Shown here: positions 27,590 to 39,489 of the stretch, piece after piece
How the letters are laid out: each line of letters begins with the position of its first letter
Numbering within the stretch: the stretch's first letter is position 1
DNA from: Podarcis erhardii
Lineage: Eukaryota
DNA: 64,000 nucleotides
Assembly: GCA_964252035.1 (NCBI GenBank)
Contig: OZ176205.1
Direction: 5' to 3' (one strand)
Made by a program: the position numbers and the translations under genes
Notes under the pieces: model-generated
The model's database searches: none
What the model was told of the DNA's origin: nothing
The model's input: only the letters and a program-made list of their open reading frames with translations

Positions 27590-27730
27590 TACTCTTGAGT
27601 ATCTGAAGAAGTATCTGAAGAAGTGTGCATGTACACAAAAGCTTATACACAGAACAAACTTAGTTGATCTCGTACGGTGCTACCGGACAATTTTTTTTGA
27701 CTGCGTCAGACCAACACGGCTACCTACCTG
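27590..27730 (+). mobile_element. Penelope-like element terminal-repeat remnant
   Basis: gtatctgaagaagtgtgcatgtacacaaaagcttatac...agaccaacacggctacctacctg resembles squamate Penelope pLTRs (from recall) and carries a hammerhead-type core. Confidence 0.65.
27611..27648 (+). ncRNA. Minimal type-I hammerhead ribozyme motif, degenerate (G12A)
   Basis: GTAT-CTGAAGA-A-[GTGTGC-AT-GTACAC]-AAAA-GC-TT-ATAC: stem I GTAT/ATAC, core CUGANGA, 6-bp stem II, palindromic AGCT stem III. Confidence 0.6.
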
Positions 27731-28286
27731 AGCAGAACATCGTTGGAGACAACCCATGTCTTTTTAGGCAAGAGGCTGCAAAAGGGCCAGAATTTCCCCC
27801 TATAAGTAAGTTTGAGAGGCATGCTTTCGTCTTACCAGCTGGTGGCAGTAGAGACACCATTTCTCCATCATTGGTGCTTTCCCTTTCATACAAAAGGCAA
27901 AGAAATCCCTGTTGGTTGATAAGGAGGGGAAACCTAGAGTCAGACAATTATGTTTGTCAGGACCAACCAGTATGTCACAATATAGCTAGCTCTCCAGCAA
28001 CTCTCTATTAGACAAGTTGTTAAACTCGTGCAGTGGGAGGGGAAAGGGTACCCCTGATTGATGTTGTACCCACAAAGTCTGCATTTAGTCATGGTCTTAA
28101 GATTAAAGTAAGAGGAAATACCAAAGTTGCAGTTTACTTGCTAAGTCCAACTTAATTCAGTAGGATTTCCTCCCAGGTAAATCAGTGTAGGATGCAACCT
28201 GTTCGTGCCTAATCGTGCTGCTGATGAGCAGAAAAAATAGTTTCTTAAATAGTTTCCTAGATTGAAAAAACAGAACAGAAATAGTG

Positions 28287-28602
28287 GAATCATAGAATTT
28301 TAGAGTTGGAAGGTGTCCCAAGAGTCATCTAGTCCAACTCCCTGCTATGCAGGAACCTCAACTAAAGCATCCATAACGAATGGCCATCCAGCCTTTGCTT
28401 CAAAACCTCCAAGGAACGAGAGTCCACAACCTCTTGAGGGAGACTGTTCCACTGTCAAACAGCTCTTAACTGTCAGAAAGTTTTTCCTGATGTTTAGTTG
28501 GAATCTCCTCTCTTGTAACTTGAATCCATTGGTTTGAGTCCTCCAGAGCAGGAGAAAACAAACTTGTTCCCTCTTCCATATGACAGCCCTCAAGATGGCT
28601 AT
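28287..28602 (-). mobile_element. CR1 LINE 3' fragment
   Basis: Minus-strand translation ...NGFKLQERRFQLNIRKNFLTVK... typical of the CR1 ORF2 C-terminus, plus the reversed gaatcatagaat tail. Confidence 0.88.
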
Positions 28603-28603
28603 A

Positions 28604-28795
28604 GATGTTGGGAAAGATGGAGGGCACAAGGAGAAGGGGATGACGGAGGACGAGATGGTTGGACAGTGTTCTTGAGGCTACTAACATGAGTCTGACCAAA
28701 CTGGGAGGCAGTAGAAGACACGAGTGCCTGGCATGCTCTGGTCCATGGGGTCACGAAGAGTCGAACACAACTAAATGACTAAACAACAACAACAA
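28604..28795 (+). mobile_element. RTE-BovB LINE 3' fragment
   Basis: gatgttgggaaagatggagggc...agatggttgga...ccatggggtcacgaagagtcg...(CAA)n tail. Confidence 0.85.
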
Positions 28796-31101
28796 TAGCA
28801 AAATATCCCATTTCAGCAAAGAAATTTAGCTGGAGAAGTGCAACAGTTTTCCAAGCAGAGTAGCATGCAGGTATATACCGTATGTATAATAATGTCTCTA
28901 AAGTAAGTGAGAGGTAGAGTGGAGCCTCTCTTGCGTGGGTTTATATGAAAGAATGGATAGTATATTTGACTGCAGTTAGTGAATGGAGTGCTGGAGTGTT
29001 GCTTAACAGCAATATGAAATAGTTTGTGAATTTGCAAAGAACTCTATAGCAGAGATTGTTATATGCATATATGAGAGCGATTATAGTGCCTCATTGTGCC
29101 TATATTTATACCCAGTCTTTCTGGTTTTTCACCCTGGCTTATTATGATGTTTTATGGCATTTCTTACTGTAGTTGCTTCATACTGTTTTATTGTTGGCTT
29201 TTATTTTTTTATATACTGCTGTTTCACTACATGCATAAGCTGTCATGAATTATATAAGGAAAGGTGGGGGTGGATATTTTGAATAGCACTCACTATTTCT
29301 ACTTTCTGGAAACAAATCAAAGACGTTTTTGTTTTGAGAAGCCTTTTCAGCTGGATGAATTTTTCTTTTTCTTTTTTTTAAAAAAGATACCTGTTAGAGC
29401 ATTACTCTAGAACTGAATGTCCCCTTCTGCCATAGCTCCTATTCTCTGGGTACTTATAACTCTGCATTTGTTGCCTTACACCACAAGCAAGAAAGCTGAA
29501 GTGAATTTGGATTATGGGTTACAATGGTGTGTCATTTTCTCATTATGTAAATATTTCTGGCTCCTCTACCTGGTTAGTATTTACCTGGGAAAGCCTCCTA
29601 AACAAATCTGCAAAGTATTACATTTAATTAAAAGAAAGATTCAGCCTGGCCTACAAGAAGGAGAAGCCCGTAGAGGATTTCTTACAAAGTTTCTTAAATG
29701 CTCATGTTCCTCAAAGTATTGATCTTATTAAATCTATAGCTGGTTTTGAACCTCTCCCTCCCCCCCCCATGGACTTTTTTTTGCACATGAAAGAGCAGCT
29801 GGTACCCAGAGAGGCAGGAGCAGTCTTTCAATGGCCATGGGCCTTCCATCCATCTGACTGGGAGCACTTGCTCCCTGGCTTCCTTTGATCAGCCACACTG
29901 GAGAATAATACTAAATAGAAAGAGGAACAAAAGGAGCAGCTTGGAGAGGCTCCAATTTGTAATTCAAAAAAGGGGGTTGGAAATTCACATTCCTGCTTGC
30001 TGCAGCCCTGAGGGGGGAGGGTAGGGTAGGAGGGGTGGGGTGGGGTGGGGTGGGGGACGTGATTTCATCACCCCTGATGATTGCCTGTTGTTTTCAGGCT
30101 GCTGCCACAGTCCTAGTGCAATAAGATGGGGGGGTTGGGGGAGAGATACTCAGACAAAATCTACCCAATCATGGTAGACAAATTCCTTCTGTTTAATTCT
30201 GGAAGGTGGGTGGTGGTCTTTTAAACTGGCCCAGCCCAGCAAAACCAAGAATGAAAATCAGACGGCTTAGGTGGGTTAATCCAACACACTCCGCAGTGGG
30301 GTCGCAGTTAATCCAAACTTGGTAAATGTACCAGAGTTAACAGCAGTTTGCAAACAACATACCTCCCGAAAGGAGTGAGAAAAAATAGAGCCGAGTGTGC
30401 TAAGCTAACCAAGCATGTGTTTCTTGCATAGCGTTTGTTCAGTGCTGGGTGAGTTGCAAGGCACAGAGGCAGCCCAGAGGTTCCTTTTCTCCTGCTATGA
30501 AAAGAGCAACCCTGCCGACAGCTTCGGAGTTCTCATCCAAATGACATGAAGTTGCATGTAAAGCAGGAGCCTAAGGTTGGACTGAGAAAGGAGAAGGAAC
30601 AGAACCATGGTTTTAAACTATTGCTCTCACCGCCTGGTCATTGTATACCCATCAGATCTTGGCTTGCCTTTTGTCGGTTCCGTGACTTGCAGCCCTATCA
30701 ATGGCAGCAAACCCCGTGATCAAAAGTGTCATGTTTGAAGGATTGATGCAACAAGTCATAATTTTGATCTGACTTGTGAGATTACTCCCAATGGCTGTGC
30801 TAAAGGTGGACTTGCCCCCATTTGGGGTGTGCAGTTGGTCCACAGTGGGAGAAATTCGTGAAAATTTTGCTTGTATCAGCATACAGTTGGGGTGATTCTG
30901 AGCCAATTAACTGATGGGTTTTGAAATAAAAGCAGCTGCAGTTTACTGTTCCACCCCCATTCTTCTCTAAACATGACAGCACTTGTATAGTTCTGCCTTC
31001 CCAGGTGTATGCATGCACACATGTGACCCTATCTTCAGATACTTGGATTGACTTCTGGCACATAACCTTCCCCCCTCCCAGAACAGATCAAGGAATGTAT
31101 C

Positions 31102-31904
31102 TTTTTTTTTTTTTTAATAAATTTTTATTCATTTTCCAAACACATAATTAAACACAAACAACACACAAATTAAAAAAAAACAAAAACATACAAACATTTA
31201 AACAAATATAAATTCATACTCTTATTTTCTATACCTTCTTTCCCCGGACTTCCCCATACCTCCCTTTCACTGCATCCTTATTTCACATTTCTTTAGCAAC
31301 CCTCCAGTCAATTAAATTTTTAGTTCCCTTCATTAAGTTCTTTTTAACTTATTAGTTACAGCTGTAATTCTCTGTTTCTTAGTCCTTGACATCTTAACAC
31401 TCCTCAACTTTACAACAGTTTTTAAGGTATATTTTAAATTTCTTCCAATCTTCTTCCACTGTCTCTTTCCCCTGGTCACGGATTCTGCCGGTCATCTCTG
31501 CCAGTCCCATAAAGTCAATCGCCTTTGTCTGCCATTCTTCCAGAGTAGGTAGCTCTTGCGTCTTCCAATACTTTGCCAAAAGAATTCTTGCTGCTGTAGT
31601 AGCATACATAAAAAACGTCCTATCCTTCTTCACTACCAGCTGGCCAACCATGCCCAGGAGAAAAGCTTCAGGTTTCTTAGGAAAAGTCCACTTAAGGACT
31701 TTCTTAATTTCATTATAGATCATTTCCCAAAAAGCTTTAATCCTCGGGCAGGTCCACCAAAGGTGGTAGAAAGTACCTTCAGTCTCATTACATTTCCAAC
31801 ATTTGTTATTGGGCAAATGGTAAATTTTTGCAAGTTTGACTGGGGTCATGTACCACCTGTAGATCATTTTCATAATGTTCTCTTTTAAGGCATTACATGC
31901 CGTA
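31102..31904 (-). mobile_element. 5'-truncated L1-clade LINE (ORF2 C-terminal Cys/His knuckle, 3' UTR, poly(A))
   Basis: Uninterrupted ...KMIYRWYMTP...KCWKC...FYHLWWTCP...; AATAAA on the minus strand (+ 31124-31129); poly(A) at + 31102-31115; perfect 17-bp TSD AGATCAAGGAATGTATC at 31085-31101 and 31905-31921. Confidence 0.93.
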
Positions 31905-32261
31905 AGATCAAGGAATGTATCACTACCGCATGCATTTGATAAGTTGGGAAAAGGAACTACAGAGGCTGTCTTGACTGCATCAAGAAGACAGGTGTGATGC
32001 AGTAAATGCGGTGTGGGCATTCACTATGTGAGACTGAAATCCCTACCAAAACAATAAGTAATTTGGACAAGTTGCTTTGGACAAACCTGAACTATCTCAG
32101 AGTCCTGGTTTAAGGATAAGCAAGATAAAAAAAAATGTGAGTGGTCTCTTGGAATATGCTTTCTAGACCAGAATGCCAACAGGAGTAGAATCCAGAGGTC
32201 AATTAAAGATGTCTGCTTTAGACATGAGACTGCTATACTGTATAGCGGGTGGTGAGAAATA

Positions 32262-32427
32262 CTGTATTTTTCCATCTATAAGGCACCCCCATGTATAAGA
32301 CACCCCCTATTTGGGGGGACTCAGATTTAAGAAAATGGGGGGAGATGTATCCGTGTATAAGATGCCCCCTAATTTTTGACATTATTTATTAGGAAAAAAA
32401 CCTAGTCTTATAGATGGAAAAATACAG
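32262..32427. mobile_element. Tc1/mariner-type MITE
   Basis: Perfect 21-bp TIRs CTGTATTTTTCCATCTATAAG with TA on both sides. Confidence 0.88.
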
Positions 32428-35400
32428 TATATGGTGGTTGTTTTTTTGTAGTGAAACTTGGTAGAGTGATGATCTGACTGGCTCAACCATGCAATCCCCC
32501 CCCCCCCGCCACTTTAAATCGGAAGCTCCTCCTCTCCTGTACCTTTTAATGCTCTGGATGCACAGCACCAGCTCAGCTTCCCTTTAAAAGTCACCAGTAA
32601 AATGAAGCTACTCATTAAGTTCAAAGGATGAAGCAAGCACAGGGCAGATGTTTCTTTTGGCCCCTGGCTGGGGAGGCAGCCACCCAAACCCTCCAAGTGC
32701 CAAGGGTCAATTCACGTAATGCTGTCTCTGCCCACGCAACCATCCCCAGGCGGGTACAATGAGAGATAAACAAAGGTGGTGACTTCCCAGCTGCAACAAT
32801 TACAGGAGCGGTTGCTGGCTCAGTCTGTAATTACTCTGTGCATGCATTGCATTTGTCTGCATGAGCTGTGTGAGTAGAAACCATACTGTGAACCAGCCAC
32901 AACCCTCTGGGAGCTCTTGCTATATGAAGCCCAGTCACCCCCCTGGAGCCTGGAGCATTGGCCACCAACTCCATGCCTCCAGTTCAGTGGTGGTTGCTGC
33001 CCATTGGGGCAGGTAGGGTCCAACAGTCAGTGACACCACAGAGAATGCCAGGCAGAGCCAACTACTTCTAATGTTGTCCCCATCCTCCTCCCTGCTGACT
33101 TGTGCAATGGCAGCGCTGAGACTAAGGAGGAGGAAGCTGATGGTAAGGCCCACCTCCTGGACTGGTTGTAAATGAAGAAGCCAGCCAGGTGGGGGCAGGA
33201 TGAGGCTGGTGGGACAGCAAAGGAACATGCCAGCAGGCCACAGGGAAGGAAGGGTGCTTGAGAGCCTGCCTAGCACCCCACACTCCTGTCTAGGAGGAGG
33301 CCAGCTAGTAGCTGGCCAGGGTGCTACCACCATTTCCTTCCTGAAGTTCTCAGCCGATCACATCCCCCTTCCTCCCAATAGGCGGTGCCATTTCCCCTTC
33401 TTTGTCCTCCCTCCAGAACAGAGTCCACAATACAGAAGGGTTCCCTTTATTGTCAATGTGATGATTTAGCAGTTCCCTGGGGGCCACACCCGGCCACTCT
33501 TGACATTGCCTCTTTTCCAATACTTGTTTGACTTGTTCTCTATCTGTGTGCTTCACTTGCCGCCTTAGGGCTACGCTCTGTTCGTTTGTACAAAGTGGGG
33601 CGGGGGGAAGAATCCAGGTCTTTCCCCAAGAAGTGGGAGCTGCTGCTGAGATGTCTTCACTTCAACAGTAAAAAATATATAAAGAGGCAGGACTGCAAGC
33701 TTGGCCTGTGAGCAGCAGTACCAGCTTCCTCAGCTGTGCAGCGGCTGCTTTGACTCCCCCATTAAATCCTGGTCAATATCTTCCTGCCCTGGTGCCTCTG
33801 AACCCGTTTCTCAGATCAGTGGCTCAGGCAACAAGCCCAGATGCATGCAGCCGTCTCCTGCATCACCCTCCATAACCAATCAATTGGCAATGTGGAGCTG
33901 CTGAATTAGCAGTTCCTCATCTCCTCCAGGACTAGCATTCACAGGGCCCCAAATTCCCCATTAAATGTGTGTTCTCCTTACTTCATCTGGATGGCCTGAG
34001 CCAGGTGGACCAAGCACAGAGCGATCATTTCCATTATCATCACTCCCCAGAGCAGTTTAATTCATGCTGCTCTTTGTGGCTGCAACTGCCAGTTCTTCCA
34101 AGTGCTCGAATGCTAAATAATAGACTTTTCAGGAAGATAATAAGCCCTGATTTACAGATCTTCTGAAATTAATCACTTAGCTAGCAGAACCCACACAACT
34201 CTTTGGGGTCCTTGCAGCAAGGGTCTTTTGTTCCATGCTTAAAGCATATTGGCAGCATTTGTTTGTCACACAGCAAAGCCTAGCTAATGGTTTGCCATGA
34301 CTGTACAGATGGTTCCCACGCAGCTCCTCTCCTCGCATGTGGGAGCAACAAGCCACATTCCCCATCTTAGTGTTACATCCAAACCAGCAATCCCTAATAA
34401 TTGGTTAGGCAATATTTTCTGAAGTGAAGTGAAGCCTGATCCTTGGGACAGGAAGAATTCTAAACCAAGAATTATGGTTTGCTGCTCCTGTTCACCAAAA
34501 TGGGAGCCATCTTTGTGTTCACAGGAAGCCATTAACAATGGTGTGATGTAATGTACGAACTGGGCCAATTGTTTTGTGATTTCCGCCACATTACCATAAT
34601 GGTGGTGTTGCCATGAGGATACCTGAGTCTGCAAGGAGGAGATTCTCACCTAGAACAATCTGAAGTGGTTCCATTGCTCACTGAATGTACAGTATTTTCC
34701 CAATTGATACCATTCTGTTTTACAGGTTCATACAATCTATAGCTAAAAGCCATTACACAACCTTGACCATCTTTGATAACAGCCATAAAATCCTGTATTC
34801 TGCTTTTGCTTTGCAAAAGGCTTTCCCTCAAATCCTGAATGAAAAGTGGTTGAATAAAATATCCCCTAAACTTTTTAGACTGAGGTTATCATAATAGATC
34901 TAGTTGTTGCACACAATTGAGAGAATAGGGTATTCTCAACTTGGATTCAGATTGATTTAAAAAGACATTAAAATGATGTAAGCCTTTAATTCCTTGCTGC
35001 TATTTTTTAAAGATATATAGCCAGTTTCCACTTCCTAGTAATTTTATTTTTACTGTTTCCATGGCAAAGACCCATGCAAATAGCATGGAGAAATCAGCCC
35101 TCTGGGGATCCAGCTCATTGCAGAAGCCTACTTGAGTATTCATGAAATAATGAATGAACAATTACAAATAAGTACAGCTCACCCATTTACTCCCGGTGCC
35201 ATCCTAGACAGAGTGCTGGAAACTAGCCTCTCCTCACAACTCTTTCTCTACTTCTGAATTCATAGCAGAAACAGCTGGAGTCTAGCAAGCCTGAGTTTTC
35301 CTTATGGGCAGAACCTCAGATCTGCCACCAAATCAAGTTGAATGTGCCATACATCCTGCGGACACCATGTGTGTGTTCAAAAGAGAATATAACCTGTGTG

Positions 35401-37101
35401 TGATGGTTGCATGTTACAGTGCGCTTGCTTGTTTCCTATTCCTTCCCACACAGATGTGCCCTTGCGCATGGCTTTTGTAACTTTCAATGCAGTCCTCCCT
35501 CACACAGTGGCCGTCAGCCAGCACCACACCTCCCTCCCTGCCCCATTTTTCTGCATTCCTTTCTTATCAGAGTGCATGCATCAATAACGCTCATATCCCA
35601 AGGTGCTTTTGGAGACTTCACAATGGGTATCTGAGTTCGATTCCAACCTTATTCGGCTCTTGTCCTGGATGGTGTTGGGCTCCTTCGCATGCCTCGCAGG
35701 ATGGGTCCTAAATCCAGGGTGTAATTAATTGATGGCCATTCTCCTCCTGAATGGCACTGTCTAACTTGTTTGTTTTCACTCAGTAGGCTAGGAGGAGAGG
35801 CAACATTCCTCCCCGTATCCTTGGGAGCCTTTGGTTGCTCCAGCCTGTCTGCCTGCCTGATTGGCTTGCAGCTAGAGAACTGCTTGGCCCTTAGCAGCAG
35901 AGACAGGAGTTTAAGAGAAACTTGGCCTAATTTGCCTCTAGTTATGCCATGTCAATGTACAGGGAGCTGTGTGTTCCAGTTTAGCATCTTTGATGCTGGG
36001 TTTTCTGCACCTGCTTTGTTCTAGGCTGGTTGGTTGTCTACATCCAGTTCAAAACAAGTTATCTATTGCTAAGGAGTTTGTCTTGGCAGGGCAGAGAGGT
36101 TTCGTTTTGTTATTATAAGTCAGGATGCAGATAGTCACCCAAAGGATGATGGGTGCTGTTGAATAGACTTGGGCTGCAGTCCTGTACTGATTAATCTGGA
36201 AGTAAGCCCCATTGAACTCTGCAAGCCTTACTTCTGAGTAGGTGTGTATAGGATTTTGTGCTACAAAAAATGATGAAAAGGCATAATTTTAATATTTTAT
36301 TGGCTCAGCCATTTTGCAAGTTTTCCAACCACCAGCGATCCATCATCAGCCATAGGTTTACACAGCAGAACATTAAAATAGATTTGGTCATTTGCCCAGG
36401 GTGATGGTGCTTGGCTACTCTGCTCTGAGGACAAAAGAAAAACCCTTTGTTCTCAGGGTAAAAATGCCCAGGTAGAGAACCATTTTCTTGGAGCTCCTGC
36501 CAGTGAATACATTTTAGATCTATTGTCGTTGTTGTGAACAAACACCTGTACAATATACCTGTTCAGCCCCCTGACTAGTTAAAGAGCCAACAATGTTAAC
36601 TGTCTTAAAAAAAAAAAAATCCTAGTTATTTCAACCATGGTCCACCAGCATGCATTGCTTCTGTTTAACTTCAGTTCATTTCAGTTGGGTTTGAATGGGG
36701 TCCCCATTCATAATCCAAGGATGTACAGCTGTGGTTTCTGTCAAATTGCTTCCTTTATATTCTGAGTTGAGTGAGTAATAGTCTAGTCAAGAGATTAGCA
36801 ATACGATCCGAGACATCCATCCATTTTAGATTTTCCTTCAGATGTGAACCCACAAGGTGCATCAGGCTGGCGCTTACCTCTCAGCTCCCGCATCTGCAAT
36901 AGCAGGGTGGAGACATACATTATGGGCCTATTGTGTAACAGGTATTTGGATAATGTATAGGAAGTGCTTCTAAATTGCTATATCAATGCAAATTATTATT
37001 ATTGATTCACTTATAGTTGTAGTGTTTAAATGCTAACGCTTTCCGTTATGCAACTGTTTAAAAAACAAAAATACATAACAGACACTTCCAGTCTCTGAGA
37101 G

Positions 37102-37185
37102 TGCAATCCTAGGCATGTCTGTTAAAAAGTGATTCCCAGTGAGTTCAATAAGACTAACTCCCAAGTAACTCTGTACAGGATTGCA
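37102..37185. repeat. About 85-bp palindromic MITE-like repeat
   Basis: tgcaatcct...aggattgca termini; similar decayed copies at about 36172-36255 and 28130-28200. Confidence 0.55.
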
Positions 37186-39326
37186 GCCTGATGTACATAA
37201 ACTCTTTCTCCCCTCCCCCAGTTTCTTTTTGTGTATCTAATAGCATAAAAGTGTATTGCTGCTGTTGTTTTCATTGGAAAGAGGATCTGAATTTGTGTCT
37301 ATGTGAGTCATAATGAGTTCCAATTCAAAGAACTGAAGTTCTGATTACATAGCGGGCACTACCTAAGTGGGGAATACAGCAGCAGTTTTATTATTATTAT
37401 AAATCAGTCCAAAGAAAGGGACGTGTTTGAGGTTCTGTACACCTGCAGTGAGCGAGGCTGTGAGAAAGCTGGAGGCATTGCCCTTTTAAGAAGCACCATT
37501 CCTGGAGCGGCAAGCCTTGCGCAAGCAGGTTCCTTGTACATGCAAAAACGTACACAAGCAAAATGTGCTGCAAAAGTTGGTGTAAAAGGAAAGGAGGTGG
37601 AAGGGAAAGAAAGCACCAGGCTCCAGCCAGTGAATGATTGGCACTGGCCCACCCATTGGAGAAGTCAAATGGGGGGAAAGAAGGTTTTAGTCAGGGTATC
37701 TGGCCCAGGCTGCTGTCCAGCGTAGCCTATGCAGTTCTGCTTGTCTGACTAGCACAGGCTTCTTCCTTCAGTTCAGCACAACGAAGATTTGCACTGATTG
37801 AACAGAGTCACTCCACCCCACCCATGGTCGTCTTGTAAACTGGCTCTAAGAAGAGATGGAACCCCAATTTCTTTCTTTTACAAAATATTTCACAGGCTAC
37901 AGAAGTCCTGAATTCTCCTCTTAGGAACATAGGGAACTGTCTTACACTGAATCTGAACATTGACCCATCTGATCCATTATCGTCTATATTGACTGGCGGC
38001 AGCTTATCCCAGGTTGCAGCCCTAACTGGAGATGACAAGAATTGGGAACTTCTGTGTGCAAGGCAAATGCTCCAGTCCTTCCCCATTTTACAAACAAGAT
38101 GCTACCTAGTCCAGCACCCTGGTCTCACAGTGGCTGACTAGATGCTGGTGGGAAACCCACAAGCAGGATTCAAGCACAAGAGCCCCCTCCCCTCCTGTGG
38201 TTTCCAGCAACTAGTATTCAGAAACATACTCTCTCTGAGCATGGAGGCAGAGCATAGCCAGCATGGCTAGTAGACCCTGCTTGCCTTATCCTCCACGAAT
38301 GCATTGAATCCTTTTTTTTAAAGCCATCCAAATTGGTGGCAGCCACTGCCTCTTGTGGCAGTGAGTTCCACAGTCAAGGATAGGTGAGAAATCTAATAAA
38401 TAAATAGATTAAAGACGCCTGCCTGAAACCTTGCCAATCATTGCTGACAGCAGTGAGCTAGATGGACTAACGGTCTGATCCGGTACGAGGCAGCCTCTTA
38501 TCAATTCCTGTCCACACTTGTTATTGAAATTCAACACAGTTTGGCTGTGTTGCAGAAATCCATCCAGAATGTTTGCCTACACAGTCGGCGTTTTTGTGCA
38601 TGTTTATTGTATAAAGGACAGCATACAAGTAGTATTTCTGTGGTGTCACTTTCTCAATAGATTGCGTAACAGCAAAATGAAAATTATGGGCATTTGAACA
38701 GCTGCTGAGAATGAATAGCATGCCGTGGCAAAAAAACAGAAACACTCTTCTTTCAGCTCCCAAACCCTTGGTATTAGCCATTATAGCCACATCAACTTTG
38801 TGTTGTAGTTTTTTTTTTTAAAAAAATGCAAAATGGGTCTACGCATCCAAATGCACCAGGCACAGAAGTTCCATTGTGTGTATTTATAATACATTATAAA
38901 TTGGCTTTTTAAAAGGATTTAACTGTTGGGGTTTTCCCAAATTGAATTTCGCATGTTGCGAGAGAGCCCCAGTGTTCAGGACACGAGAAGCGTTCCTCCA
39001 GTCCCAGATATATGGAAGCTGGCTGCAATTCTTCCAAGAGAGGCCCAGCCAGTGTGGTTTCTTCCTGGTGTTGTTGGATTGCAACTCCCATGGATAACTG
39101 CCAACATGGCCAAGGGTGTGTGGGATGATGAGAGTTGTAGTCCAGCAACATTTGAAGGGCACTATGTGGGCAACTCCTGCTCTAAGATGTGAAGAAAAAG
39201 GTACTCTGTGCATGCTCATTACTGGTTCATTTATTTCAGGGCTAAGCTTTGGCACTGAACATTAAGCCCCAGATCAGAGTTTACAAATTCTCTGGGAGGG
39301 ATGCCTTGCTATAGTAATAATAGTAA

Positions 39327-39480
39327 TGAGAGCCATTGTGGTGTAATGGTTCAGAGAGTTGGGGACTAGGACCTGGGAGACCAGGATATGAATTCCTACT
39401 CAGCCATGAAGCTTGGTCCACCTTCTCTTAGTACCTCACAAGGTTGTTGCAGTGATGAAATGGGGGTGGGCAGGAGAGCC
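39327..39480 (+). mobile_element. tRNA-derived SINE (Squam3/MIR-like)
   Basis: gagagccattgtggtgtaatggtt head; a similar copy lies at 52114-52320. Confidence 0.6.
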
Positions 39481-39489
39481 ATAGTCAGT

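Noticed and set aside
28221-28245. CTGATGA-GCA-GAAA hammerhead-like core
   Set aside because: No room for stem II and no complementary stem I.
30981-31046. Minus-strand GTATCTGAAGA...GTGTGCATGC...ATAC resembling the hammerhead at 27611
   Set aside because: An extra about 10 nt interrupts stem II and there is no GAAA-stem III-UH half; at best an unrecognisably decayed relative.
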